Shown: positions 39,403-49,162, counted from the stretch's first letter. The stretch is 64,000 nucleotides of DNA from an uncultured Verrucomicrobiota bacterium (GCA_964611575.1 CAZTAJ010000007.1:1847-65846); one strand, 5' to 3'. Program-made: numbers and translations. The notes: generated by a model not told the origin, from the sequence alone.

Positions 39403-40941
39403 ATGAAACGTAGCCCCGCCACTGAAGTCGAGAATCTCCGCAAGCGTGTCATTGAGTTGGAGGCTCGTATCGCTGAGGTGACGAACACGGCGGAGGAGCT
39501 GCGAAAGGAAACGGCGTTGTTCGAGTCGTTCTTCGATGCGGCGCCCAATATCCTCAACATCACCGACGGCGAACTCCGATACCTTAAGACAGACGATATG
39601 ACGCCGACTTACTTCGGGCTCGACCGCCGGAGTATTGTCGGCATGGCGCTCAAAGATCTCGCTCCCGAGTTCCACCGCGATTATGCGATCATGGCGCAAC
39701 GGGTCATGGAGACCGGAACGCCCGCGGTGAACGCCAACGTCCAGGGGCCCGTATCGACACGGTCGGGAAGAACCGCCCACTGGCGCGCCACCTACTTCCG
39801 CGTTCGCCTGCCGGACGGACAGTGGGGCCTCGGAGTCATCGGCGTCGAGATCACGGACGTCAGACAGGCGGCCGCAAAAGCGCTGTTGGAGTCCGAGACA
39901 CGCTACCGCAGCCTGTTCGAACAGGCGGCGAGCTCGATCGTGCTCTTCGATCCGGAGACCCTGGTCATCATGGATTTCAACGATGAAGCCTGCCGACGCC
40001 TCGGCTACTCGCGCGCGGAGTTTGCCCAACTCAGGGTGTCCGATATCGAGGCGATCGAATCCACCGATGAGCTGAAGCGCCACAGTCACCGTGTACCGTT
40101 GGACAGCGTCGACATATTCGAAACACGACAAAGAACCAAGCAAGGTAAGTTGCTGGATATTGAAGTCCGGGCCAAGGCCATTCGCATGGGTGGAAGGACC
40201 CTGGTTCAGTGCTTCTGGCGCGACATCACCGCCCGCAAACAAGCCGAGGAGGCTTTGCGCAAGGCGCATGACACCCTGGAAGCGAAGGTCCGAGAGCGCA
40301 CCTCGCAACTCAGAACCCTGACGGCTGAAATGGTCGGTATCGAGCAGGCGGAACGCGAACGGATCGGCCAGATCATTCACGATGACCTGCAACAGATGCT
40401 GGTAGCCGTGGAGTGCCATATCGCAGGTTTGCCGATGGCTGCGTCGCACGCCAAACAGAAGGCTGCGGTAAACAAAGCCTGCATCATTCTGGACAAAGCG
40501 GTCCAGGTTGCCCGCACACTGAGTGTCGACCTCATGCCGCCGATTCACCGCGGCGAGCAACTGGGGACCGTGCTGGCAGGACTGGCGAACGACATGCGGA
40601 CCAGTTTTGGGTTGATCGTCGAACTCAAGTTGGACCCCGACGTGCAACCGGCCTCGCACCCCATGCGCGTCTTCGCTTTCAATGCTGTGCGTGAATTGCT
40701 CTTTAATGTGGTCAAGCATGCCGGGACGAAAGCGGCGCGTCTGGCGCTGGAACCGCTGGAAACCGATCGGATCTTGATCGAGGTGCGCGATGAGGGGGCG
40801 GGGTTCGAAGGCGAGCAGCGGCCTACCCGCACAGGGCTCTCCCGCATTCGTGAACGCGCGGAACTCTTTGGCGGGGAATTGCGCATCGTTTCCAAAGCCA
40901 GCCAGGGCACTCGTGCGAGTTTGATCCTGCCGCGGGGCTGA
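39403..40941 (+). CDS. Cytoplasmic PAS-PAS histidine kinase (HisKA_3 type)
   Basis: Two PAS domains; ERERIGQIIHDDLQQ, ELLFNVVKHA and DEGAGF. Confidence 0.88.
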   Translation: MKRSPATEVENLRKRVIELEARIAEVTNTAEELRKETALFESFFDAAPNILNITDGELRYLKTDDMTPTYFGLDRRSIVGMALKDLAPEFHRDYAIMAQRVMETGTPAVNANVQGPVSTRSGRTAHWRATYFRVRLPDGQWGLGVIGVEITDVRQAAAKALLESETRYRSLFEQAASSIVLFDPETLVIMDFNDEACRRLGYSRAEFAQLRVSDIEAIESTDELKRHSHRVPLDSVDIFETRQRTKQGKLLDIEVRAKAIRMGGRTLVQCFWRDITARKQAEEALRKAHDTLEAKVRERTSQLRTLTAEMVGIEQAERERIGQIIHDDLQQMLVAVECHIAGLPMAASHAKQKAAVNKACIILDKAVQVARTLSVDLMPPIHRGEQLGTVLAGLANDMRTSFGLIVELKLDPDVQPASHPMRVFAFNAVRELLFNVVKHAGTKAARLALEPLETDRILIEVRDEGAGFEGEQRPTRTGLSRIRERAELFGGELRIVSKASQGTRASLILPRG

Positions 40942-40956
40942 GCCATCCGCCGGAAT

Positions 40957-41853
40957 TCAGGACCGGCCATCGGCATATAACCGGTCGGCGTGATAGGATG
41001 AGCGCACCATGGGGCCCGATGCCACGCCGTGGAACCCCAGACGGGTCGCCTCCCGGGCATACGCCGTAAACGTCTCAGGCGTCACGTAGCGCTGCACCGG
41101 CGCGTGCCGGCGCGACGGGGCGAGATATTGCCCGATCGTCAGCAGATCGCAGCCGGCATTCCGCAAATCGTTCATGGCCTCGAACAACTCGTCGTCGGTC
41201 TCGCCCAACCCGACCATCAGGCCCGATTTGACGGTCAGCCGCGGCGTCCAGGCTGCCGCAAAACGCAGGACATCCAGCGAGCGCTCATACTCCGCAGCCG
41301 GGCGGATCGTCCGTTGCAGGCGCCGCACGGTTTCAAGGTTATGATTGAAGACATCCGGCCCTGCCGCCAGCACGGTCGTCAGATCAACCCCTCGCCCGAG
41401 GAAATCGGGCACGAGCACCTCGACTTTGGCGGCCGGCAAGCGTCTCCGGAGCGCGCCGATGGTCGCGGCAAAGAGCCCCGCCCCACCGTCCGACAGATCG
41501 TCACGGGTGACGCTGGTAACCACCACGTGGCGCAGCCCCAGTCGGCCGGCTGCCTCGGCTACGCGATCCGGCTCACCGGGATCGGGCAGCGACGGATGCC
41601 CGGTGGTGACCGCGCAAAACCGGCAGTCCCGCGTGCAGACATCGCCAAGGATCATAAAGGTGGCCGTGCCGCGACTGAAACATTCGTGCTGATTGGGGCA
41701 CTGCGCTCCCTGGCAGACCGTGTGAAGTGCCGTTTGACTGAGGAGTCGGCTCACCTCCGCCGTGCTGCCATGGGCGCCGATCCGCACGCGGATCCAAGGG
41801 GGCAGCCGTCCTGCACCGCCATTCGACACGTCAGCTTTTTCGTTCTCAGTCAT
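40957..41853 (-). CDS. lipA: Lipoyl synthase
   Basis: CQGAQCPNQHEC, CTRDCRFC, NHNLETV, GQYL and RSSY. Confidence 0.96.
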   Translation of the reverse strand: MTENEKADVSNGGAGRLPPWIRVRIGAHGSTAEVSRLLSQTALHTVCQGAQCPNQHECFSRGTATFMILGDVCTRDCRFCAVTTGHPSLPDPGEPDRVAEAAGRLGLRHVVVTSVTRDDLSDGGAGLFAATIGALRRRLPAAKVEVLVPDFLGRGVDLTTVLAAGPDVFNHNLETVRRLQRTIRPAAEYERSLDVLRFAAAWTPRLTVKSGLMVGLGETDDELFEAMNDLRNAGCDLLTIGQYLAPSRRHAPVQRYVTPETFTAYAREATRLGFHGVASGPMVRSSYHADRLYADGRS

Positions 41854-41876
41854 GAATTGGTGATATTATAGGCGGT

Positions 41877-43013
41877 ATGAGCCCGAACGCCAAACCCGGA
41901 ATCCCGCGCCGCGATTTCCTGGCGGCCGGGGTTGCCTGCGCCGGGCTGGCCTGCGGACGCGCCTGGGCGGATCCCAACCGGGCAAGGACGCTCCCGGCCA
42001 CCCCGCCTCACGAGGCCCAATTCTACGAGATGCTGGATGATAAGTCCGTGCGCTGCGGGCTCTGTCCACGACATTGCAGGGTGCCTGACGGCCGGCGCGG
42101 TTACTGCCGCGTCAGAGAGAATCGCGGCGGCCGGTACGTAACACTCGTGTACGGACAGTGCTGCAGCGCCAACCTCGACCCTGTTGAAAAGAAGCCATTT
42201 TTCCATGTTTACCCCGGGACGAAGGCCTTTTCGATCGCCACAGTCGGGTGCAACATCCACTGCAAGTTCTGCCAGAACTGGGACATCTCGCAGGCCAACC
42301 CGGAAGACACCGCCACGCCCTACCGCCGCCCGGAGGAGATCGCCGAGGCGGCCGCGACATCGGGTGCCAGGACTCTGGCCTACACTTACAGCGAGCCGAC
42401 CATCTTCTACGAGTACATGGCCGACTGCGCCCGCGCCGCACAGAACCGCGGAATCGACAGCCTAGTCGTCTCCAACGGCTTCATCGCCGAGGCTCCGCAG
42501 AGAGCCTTGATCCCGCTGGTGAAGGCCGTGAAGGTCGATCTCAAGGCCTTTAACCCGTCGTTCTACAGCGAGGTGTGCGATGGCATGCTTGAACCGGTGC
42601 TGGCCAGCCTGAAACGCCTGGCCGTCTCAGGCGTGTGGATCGAGATCGTCTGCCTGCTGATCCCCACCCTGAACGACAACCCCGACGAAACGCGACGCAT
42701 GGCCGCCTGGGTGGCGAAAGAGCTCGGACCCCACGTCCCTCTGCATTTCACCCGCTACCACCCGACCTACCGGCTGAAGAATCTCCCGCCTACTCCTGCG
42801 GAGACGCTGCTCAGAGCCCGAGCCATCGCCATGGAAGAAGGCTGCCGATTTGTCTACTCGGGCAACGTCCCCGGACTGGAAGGGCAGGACACGATTTGCC
42901 CCGCGTGCAAGAAGCCGGTGGTTCGGCGGTACGGCAACCGAGTACTCGAGAACACACTCAAAGCCGGCGCTTGCGGGGCCTGCGGCGCCGTCATTCCCGG
43001 CGTATGGGGGTGA
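41877..43013 (+). CDS. amrS: AmmeMemoRadiSam radical SAM enzyme with a Tat-like signal peptide
   Basis: CGLCPRHC, DPVEKKP, GCNIHCKFCQNW and YTYSEP; N-terminal RRDFL...AWA. Confidence 0.92.
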   Translation: MSPNAKPGIPRRDFLAAGVACAGLACGRAWADPNRARTLPATPPHEAQFYEMLDDKSVRCGLCPRHCRVPDGRRGYCRVRENRGGRYVTLVYGQCCSANLDPVEKKPFFHVYPGTKAFSIATVGCNIHCKFCQNWDISQANPEDTATPYRRPEEIAEAAATSGARTLAYTYSEPTIFYEYMADCARAAQNRGIDSLVVSNGFIAEAPQRALIPLVKAVKVDLKAFNPSFYSEVCDGMLEPVLASLKRLAVSGVWIEIVCLLIPTLNDNPDETRRMAAWVAKELGPHVPLHFTRYHPTYRLKNLPPTPAETLLRARAIAMEEGCRFVYSGNVPGLEGQDTICPACKKPVVRRYGNRVLENTLKAGACGACGAVIPGVWG

Positions 43014-45246
43014 ACGGTTCGCACCCGATGCACGCCAGGCAGCACAGCACGACCGTAACCCCGCAAGCACCGGTGATGCCGGCCACCGGCACCAGCACAA
43101 CACCGCCTAGCAACGCCCCGAGCATGGAACCGCCATAATCCGCCACATCCGTCCATGCCGCCGCCTGCCCCGCATCCATCCCCCGGGCGCGCAGCATGCC
43201 GGCGACCACGACGAACTGCGCAGCCACCACCGCACCCGTCAAGGCAAGCATGCCCCCGATCCACACGGCCGGGCGCGGCACCGTCATGAGTGCCGATCCG
43301 TTCCAGGCCAGTGCGGCCGCCAGTGCGGCGAGCGCCAGCAGCAGAACCGTCGCCACCCCACGGGCCACACGCTCCGAGGCAGATTCCAGCCGACTGGCCG
43401 CACATGCCCCCAATGCCGACCCGCCCATAAACAGCGCCACCAGAAGACCATACTGAACGTACAGATATCCCTGGATGCCCTGAATCAGATACAGGAGGAT
43501 AACCTCAAGCGTCACACCCCCGAACCCGGTCGCCACCATCGCCACCACGGCTCTCCGCCGTCGCAACGGTGGCACGGCCCACACCAGCGCCGCGACCAGC
43601 ACACACATGCCCGTGATCAGCGTGCCGGGCCGAATGCCCTCCAGGACATTCAATACCCGGTCCACTCCCGATGCGCTGAACCGGCTCCAAAGCACGAGGG
43701 ACTGGCGATACGTCACCGGCCGCCACAGGGTATTGACCGGCACGGCCGCGCTTTGCAGGCTGCGCTCCACGATGCGAATCTTGGCGGGATCAAGTTCGTC
43801 GGCATCAAGCAGGTATTCCGGGCGATAGTAGCGGGTCGGAACAGGCGCGGCCAGGCTGCGCCGGTAAAGCGTATCCCGGTCAACGGTCAGCGAACTCTCA
43901 CGGGCACCCGCGACCAACTGCAGCGGGCTTCCCGCGGTGACCCGCACCGTATCGAATACCGTCGCCAAGGTTCGGTAGACGCTGGCGGCCACACGGCGCG
44001 CATCGGGTCCCAGACGTTCTGAAGCCTCCACCGAGGTCCATACCACACCGTCTGGCGCCAGACGCGCCTTGACCGCTTCGTAGAACTCGCGGGTGAAGAA
44101 TCGGTTGGAGGCGCCGCTGAGGGGTTCCGGCGCGCGAATGATGATGAGATCGAAAACTTCACGACTCTGGCGCACGAAGAGCGGGCCATCCTCATGAAGG
44201 GACCGTACCCGCGAATCGCACAGCACCGCCGCCATCTGGTCCGGAACCACACGCCGGAGCAGTCGTTTGATCCCAGGATCGAGTTCAACGTGAACGACCC
44301 GTTCCACCGGATACTTCAACAGCTCCGGTACATCCGCCGTTGGATCGCCGCCCAGCAGCAGGATTCTTCTGGCGGAAGGATGCTGGGCCATGATGGGATG
44401 CAAGGCGTGCTCCGCGGCAATCGGGTCAGGCAGGCTGAACAACACGTGACCATCGCCATACAGGGTGAACTGCCCGGCCCGTTCCACGAGTTGGAGATTC
44501 TGGTAACGGGTGTCAACGGAAGCGACCATCCGCCACGGTTCTGCCGTCATCGCCCCAATTCCCTGAAGGCGCCAGGCGGCGGTGCGCGATTCCAGCGCAG
44601 TCCAGCATGGCGGACATAGCCCGGCCGCCAGCGTCAATCCGGCCAGCACGCCCAGCATCCGTCGCGGAAGCCCCTGTGCCGTGATGGCCGCCGCATAGAC
44701 GAAGACGGCGGCGCCCAGGGACATGATCTGCCAGGCATTCAGGCAACCGGCCAGGACGAACGTCATCAACAGGCCTCCCAGCATCGACCCGATGGCCTCG
44801 GCGGCGTAGAGCCGGCTGATGGCGCGCCCGTGGCCACGCCGCGCCAATGCCTCGCAGCCCGGCGGCAGCAATCCGCCCACGGCCAGACACACGGGGAAGA
44901 TAACGATGGCTGTAAGACCGGCGGTTGCGGCCAACGAGAGATACTCCCCCGCCCCCACACCAAGAATGTGACGCGCGCCGCGAATCAGGAGCACGGCCAG
45001 GGGGAGCCATCCGGCAAGCAACCCCAATCCCACGGCAACACCGCCCGGCAACCGCCGGCCGGTCAGCCGCGCCGCCGCGCGGCGCCCCACCCCGGCACCG
45101 ACCGCCACCGCGGCCAGCCACAGTCCCAGCATCAAGCCGATCGTCAATTCATTGCCGGAACAGACTGCCAGCAGTTCGCGGGTGAGCACCGCCTGCGCCA
45201 GCAGGGCGCCAAACCCGACCGCCAGCATGACAACGATGATGTCCAT
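42991..45246 (-). CDS. Membrane protein with a central spermidine-synthase-like domain
   Basis: N- and C-terminal TM bundles (TRELL..GNEL, LYAAEAIGS, DYGG) around TRYQ, LLLGG, VELDP and FFTREFY motifs. Confidence 0.82.
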   Translation of the reverse strand: MDIIVVMLAVGFGALLAQAVLTRELLAVCSGNELTIGLMLGLWLAAVAVGAGVGRRAAARLTGRRLPGGVAVGLGLLAGWLPLAVLLIRGARHILGVGAGEYLSLAATAGLTAIVIFPVCLAVGGLLPPGCEALARRGHGRAISRLYAAEAIGSMLGGLLMTFVLAGCLNAWQIMSLGAAVFVYAAAITAQGLPRRMLGVLAGLTLAAGLCPPCWTALESRTAAWRLQGIGAMTAEPWRMVASVDTRYQNLQLVERAGQFTLYGDGHVLFSLPDPIAAEHALHPIMAQHPSARRILLLGGDPTADVPELLKYPVERVVHVELDPGIKRLLRRVVPDQMAAVLCDSRVRSLHEDGPLFVRQSREVFDLIIIRAPEPLSGASNRFFTREFYEAVKARLAPDGVVWTSVEASERLGPDARRVAASVYRTLATVFDTVRVTAGSPLQLVAGARESSLTVDRDTLYRRSLAAPVPTRYYRPEYLLDADELDPAKIRIVERSLQSAAVPVNTLWRPVTYRQSLVLWSRFSASGVDRVLNVLEGIRPGTLITGMCVLVAALVWAVPPLRRRRAVVAMVATGFGGVTLEVILLYLIQGIQGYLYVQYGLLVALFMGGSALGACAASRLESASERVARGVATVLLLALAALAAALAWNGSALMTVPRPAVWIGGMLALTGAVVAAQFVVVAGMLRARGMDAGQAAAWTDVADYGGSMLGALLGGVVLVPVAGITGACGVTVVLCCLACIGCEPFTPIRRE

Positions 45247-45260
45247 TGGATACGACTTGA

Positions 45261-45350
45261 GTAGCCCGAATTCAGGAGTCAGGAGTCAGAATCCGTAATT
45301 GAACAACACGGAATCTTCCTTCTGATTCCTGGATTCTGAATTCTGACTAC
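45261..45350. repeat. Inverted pair of heptamer arrays, 31-bp imperfect arms
   Basis: Left arm gtagcccgaattcaggagtcaggagtcagaa; reverse complement of right arm gtagtcagaattcagaatccaggaatcagaa. Confidence 0.85.
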
Positions 45351-46921
45351 TTGGCTTTATCGATGGCCGGTTCCTCAAAGGCAAACACCGTGAACACGTG
45401 GAGTTCGGTGGCGGGGTCCTTCCAGGCGGCGGATTCGAGATGGGCTTTCTGACGGCAGAGTTCGTCCAGGAAATCCTCCTTGGTCGAAAAGTGCTCCCAT
45501 ACCTGCGGCAGAAACAACCCGCTGCGCCACCCCTTCCGCACGAGAACGCCATGTTCATGTTCGCGGATTTCAGCGGCGCTTTTCACGCGACGCATTGGCG
45601 AAAGCACGGAAATCTCGATGTGGGTGCGCGGTAACTCGGCCGCCGTGAGGGTGGGGAAGCGATTGTCTTCCACCGCGGCCGCCACCGCCAGGCGCGCCAC
45701 CGCCAGATACAACGGATCGCGCGGCTCGGTGGTCCCGATGCACCCGCGCAGTTGCCCCTTCTGCGTGAGTGTGACGAACACCGCGCCCGGAGCCGTAAGC
45801 TCCCCCTCGGGCACCTCAAATTGGGCGGCTTTGCCCGTTTTGAGCTGCGACTCGATCGCCTGGCGGGCAATGTCGAGCAGTCGTTTCTGACTCGCATCGG
45901 TGAGCCGAAACGGTTCGTGCCCGACCGGATTCGTTTGGTTTGTCATGGTGCCTCCTGTTGCCTGCGTTGATGTGTCTGTTGCCGCCCCTCCCCCGGCACC
46001 GCCGGATTCAAAGAACCCGATGGCCGCATACGAGACTGAGTTTTCATAGTCGTCCACGACATCGCCCGACATGGCCAGGCCCAACACCTGTCCGTGGACA
46101 AGATGCGCCTGGCTCCTCAGGGTTGCCATCAGGACCCGAATCGGGTTCTGCCCGCAGATCGTGTCATGCGTCTCACGGCAACGCCGGTCGAATCCGGCCA
46201 GGTCCAGCGCCGCAACGCGTGACGCGGCCTCGGATAACCAGGCTTTCAGCGTGGCCTCCCGATCCGTCGTAAAGGGCACAAAATCATAGTTGGGCCCATA
46301 GTGGGTGAAGTCCGAAGACGCCACCATCAAGGTCCCCGTGCCTGCGTAAGCGGCCAGCGCACCGGCCACGCAGGCGACGGTCTGCGCCTCCATTGCCCCG
46401 CAAATCAGCGGCACCAACCGGAACGGTCCCACGGCGCGTTGCAGCAACGGTAGATGGACCTCAATCGCATGTTCCTGACGGTCCGCCCCGGCCGCCTCCG
46501 TGAAACCCGGCATGCCCCGCAATGCGCTGCACACGGCCTGATCAACCGGCACATTGCCCAGCGGGGTCCGATAGGCCGTCAATGCGGCATCGGGCAGCGA
46601 CACGCCTGCAAAAGCAGCGCGATGGCTGGGCGCCAGGATGAAGATGCGATCCACCTGCCCGGTCGTCAGCCGTCGATAGACACCGGCGGCGCACCGGCCG
46701 GAGTAGACATAACCGGCGTGGGGCGCCACGGCCGCCACCAAGCGCCCGGTCACCGCAGGCGAAACGGCGGAATGCAGCAATCCATCGACCTGCACCTCCA
46801 ATGCCACCGGCAGGCGTTCGTAAAAGGCGCCCGCCACGGCGGGCGGACGCACATCGGCCGAACCGGTCATGACGCACACCGCTGCCGCCACGATTCCAAC
46901 GAGGCATGAATGCGTTTGCAT
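45347..46921 (-). CDS. amrB: AmmeMemoRadiSam AmrB (MEMO)-AmrA (AMMECR1) fusion with a Sec-like signal peptide
   Basis: MEMO motifs RPPAVAGAFY, PHAGYVYSG, EHAIEV, SSDFTHYG and TICG; AMMECR1 motifs GAVFVTL, LRGCIG and FLPQV; GGAGG RBS. Confidence 0.92.
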   Translation of the reverse strand: MQTHSCLVGIVAAAVCVMTGSADVRPPAVAGAFYERLPVALEVQVDGLLHSAVSPAVTGRLVAAVAPHAGYVYSGRCAAGVYRRLTTGQVDRIFILAPSHRAAFAGVSLPDAALTAYRTPLGNVPVDQAVCSALRGMPGFTEAAGADRQEHAIEVHLPLLQRAVGPFRLVPLICGAMEAQTVACVAGALAAYAGTGTLMVASSDFTHYGPNYDFVPFTTDREATLKAWLSEAASRVAALDLAGFDRRCRETHDTICGQNPIRVLMATLRSQAHLVHGQVLGLAMSGDVVDDYENSVSYAAIGFFESGGAGGGAATDTSTQATGGTMTNQTNPVGHEPFRLTDASQKRLLDIARQAIESQLKTGKAAQFEVPEGELTAPGAVFVTLTQKGQLRGCIGTTEPRDPLYLAVARLAVAAAVEDNRFPTLTAAELPRTHIEISVLSPMRRVKSAAEIREHEHGVLVRKGWRSGLFLPQVWEHFSTKEDFLDELCRQKAHLESAAWKDPATELHVFTVFAFEEPAIDKAK

Positions 46922-47053
46922 GGCCATCCCTCCTGCGCACAGCATACACCGACACCGACGGGCATCAAGACTGGAGGCCATTCGACGCGCAACTCCATCC
47001 TTTCCTCTCCATCGGCTCGTGCTAGACTGCGCCCTATCCAGCGGGAGGCGAGC

Positions 47054-47320
47054 ATGAAACAACACAGTCACATCATCATCGGCATTCACATCACAGACCG
47101 GGTCAAGCGGGCGGCCGCCGTACAGAAAGTGTTCACACAGTTTGGCGTACACATCAAGACGCGCCTCGGCTTGCACGATCTCACCGCATCATCGTCTTCA
47201 CCAAATGGGATCATTATTCTCGAGATGGTGGGCAACGAACGTCAGTGTCTGTCCATCCTCAAGAGACTCACCGCCATCCCCGGCGTGGAAGCAAAGAAGA
47301 TGGTCTTCAGCCACGACTGA
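47054..47320 (+). CDS. Small ACT-like protein, TM1266/Fe-hydrogenase-regulator-like
   Basis: IIGIHITDR..AAAVQKVFT.FG..IKTRLGLHD...GIIILE; GGGAGG RBS. Confidence 0.75.
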   Translation: MKQHSHIIIGIHITDRVKRAAAVQKVFTQFGVHIKTRLGLHDLTASSSSPNGIIILEMVGNERQCLSILKRLTAIPGVEAKKMVFSHD

Positions 47321-47563
47321 AGCGACTGTTTGCGGGCTCAAGGTTCGCCGTCGTCAGCGTCGTGTACAGGGGTCCCCCGGGCCTCACTTCGCTGCGCATG
47401 AGGTGGATCGCGTTGACTTGGACAATTCCATAAGAACGGTCTGCATGGGTATGCAGCCAGCGCCATGCGCACGGGGTCACCCATATCCACGGCAACAAGT
47501 GCGCGAACGGTGTCGGCTGGGGCATTCATGACGCGTTCGAATGCGTGCGTCACCGCATCGGGC

Positions 47564-48745
47564 TCACTCCTTGTCCAGCCGCGTGCTCAGCGCAAGCAGG
47601 AACTCGCGGTTATCCAAAGAAATATAACGCATGACACCGCCCATGCGACTGAAGGTCTTGCAGTACCGAAGGTAGTAGGCCGGATTATCCATGGGAGGTT
47701 CGCCGTCCCTCTGCCAGTCCCAACGTGACTCGGCCAGGTCAACGACCGCGATGAAGTGCCGGTCAATCCGTGCGCCTTGCTGAAGGCTGAGGTTCTGCGC
47801 CATGGATAGCGCCTTCTCGAAAATCATCGGCGACATGACGGCCGAGCCCACCGACAGGTACACGCCATCCTGAATGCGGCTGACATTGTGCGCGAACGCC
47901 AGGAAGTCCCGTTCTGCCGTGCGCCCAATCGCCGCGCCATGATTCATCGGGTGATTGTAAATGATGTCGTGCCCGAACATGGGATGCCCCGTGAAGGGCA
48001 CCCCCAGGCGATACGCCGCGGCCTGCGCGCTGCAGGCTTTGTGGGGATGCGACACGGCCATCCACCCCGTTTTCAAACCGAACTGCCGGATGACGCCAAG
48101 CAGGTCGAGCGCCGCCGCCGCGCGATCCAGAGGATCAACGGGTGATGGGTGTTGGGTGTCAGGTGATATGTCCTGCTTGTTCCCATCATCCTCCCTCCGG
48201 CCACCTCCCACCTCCCACCTCCCACCTGCTTCCCGCAGCTCCGCCTCCGCGGGAATCCGCAGCCCCTCCTGCTCGATAAGCTTGCCGACCGCCTCTCCGT
48301 ACCCGAGCCCTTCATAGGCGCCAACGACAATGGCCAGATTGATGAAAAAGCCGGTTTCCTTCCAGATCCCGAACTCTCCCCTTTCCACACCCCCGCGCAC
48401 GTCTTCACTGCTCATGCCCTGGTAGGCAAACTCCCAGTCATGGATGATGCCCGCCCCGTTGGTAGCCAGGTGAGTCACCCACCCGCGCTCCATAAGCCGA
48501 ATCAGGACCGGCGCCAGCCCGTTCTTGATGGTATGGGCGCCAAACGCAAGGATCACCGGCCGCCCGGCCAAGCGAGCCGCCTTGATGCGATCGGCGACCT
48601 CCGCGATCACGGCCAGTTTATCGGCCGGCAATGCCCCGACCGGATGATCGGCCGACACGAAGTTGGTCGCGACACACAGTTTGTTCTGGCGCGAACCAAG
48701 TGGTTTGATGCCCAAGGCGTGACGGTCAAGTTGCGGATAAGGCAT
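47564..48745 (-). CDS. Conserved hypothetical protein, deoxyhypusine-synthase-like fold
   Basis: GAHTIKNGL, LATNGAGIIHDWE, GHDIIY and GSAVMSPMIFEKALS. Confidence 0.65.
   Translation of the reverse strand: MPYPQLDRHALGIKPLGSRQNKLCVATNFVSADHPVGALPADKLAVIAEVADRIKAARLAGRPVILAFGAHTIKNGLAPVLIRLMERGWVTHLATNGAGIIHDWEFAYQGMSSEDVRGGVERGEFGIWKETGFFINLAIVVGAYEGLGYGEAVGKLIEQEGLRIPAEAELREAGGRWEVGGGRREDDGNKQDISPDTQHPSPVDPLDRAAAALDLLGVIRQFGLKTGWMAVSHPHKACSAQAAAYRLGVPFTGHPMFGHDIIYNHPMNHGAAIGRTAERDFLAFAHNVSRIQDGVYLSVGSAVMSPMIFEKALSMAQNLSLQQGARIDRHFIAVVDLAESRWDWQRDGEPPMDNPAYYLRYCKTFSRMGGVMRYISLDNREFLLALSTRLDKE
48140..48228. repeat. In-frame pair of opposed heptamer arrays
   Basis: gggtgat-gggtgtt-gggtgtc-aggtgat ... 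ccacctc x3 + ccacctg. Confidence 0.8.
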
Positions 48746-48748
48746 GGT

Positions 48749-49162
48749 TCACTCCGCGGGAGGTGACACTTGTTGCACGACCAGCGCGACCTGGCCCTTG
48801 AGCCGGATAAGATCGAAATGCCGGTCGCAACACAACACCGGCACCTTGCGATCACAGGCCACAGCGGCAATCAGAATGTCATCGCGCGGGACAACCGTTC
48901 CGTTCCGCCTCAAGGCACACTCCAACTGCGCCGCCTGCACCCAGTCGGCCGCCCCGAACGGCAGCCTCACGCATAGGTCCAGCGTATCCCGAACAAGCGC
49001 AATCTCGCTGTCCTGGCGGGCGCCGACCAGCAACTCGAAAAGCACCGGACACGTATACGCCGCCGTATCGTCATTCAGCGCCGCTGCCACATGGCGCTTG
49101 GCCGCCGGATTACCTTGCCTGCGAAAGAAATGGATCCAGGCGGAAGTGTCAATGAGGATCAT
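48749..49162 (-). CDS. vapC: VapC PIN-domain toxin
   Basis: MILIDTSAWI, FELLVGA, DILIAA and DRHF. Confidence 0.92.
   Translation of the reverse strand: MILIDTSAWIHFFRRQGNPAAKRHVAAALNDDTAAYTCPVLFELLVGARQDSEIALVRDTLDLCVRLPFGAADWVQAAQLECALRRNGTVVPRDDILIAAVACDRKVPVLCCDRHFDLIRLKGQVALVVQQVSPPAE

Noticed and set aside
47321-47563. Short ORFs or an ncRNA in the gap between convergent genes
   Set aside because: No RBS, motif or convincing structure could be supported.
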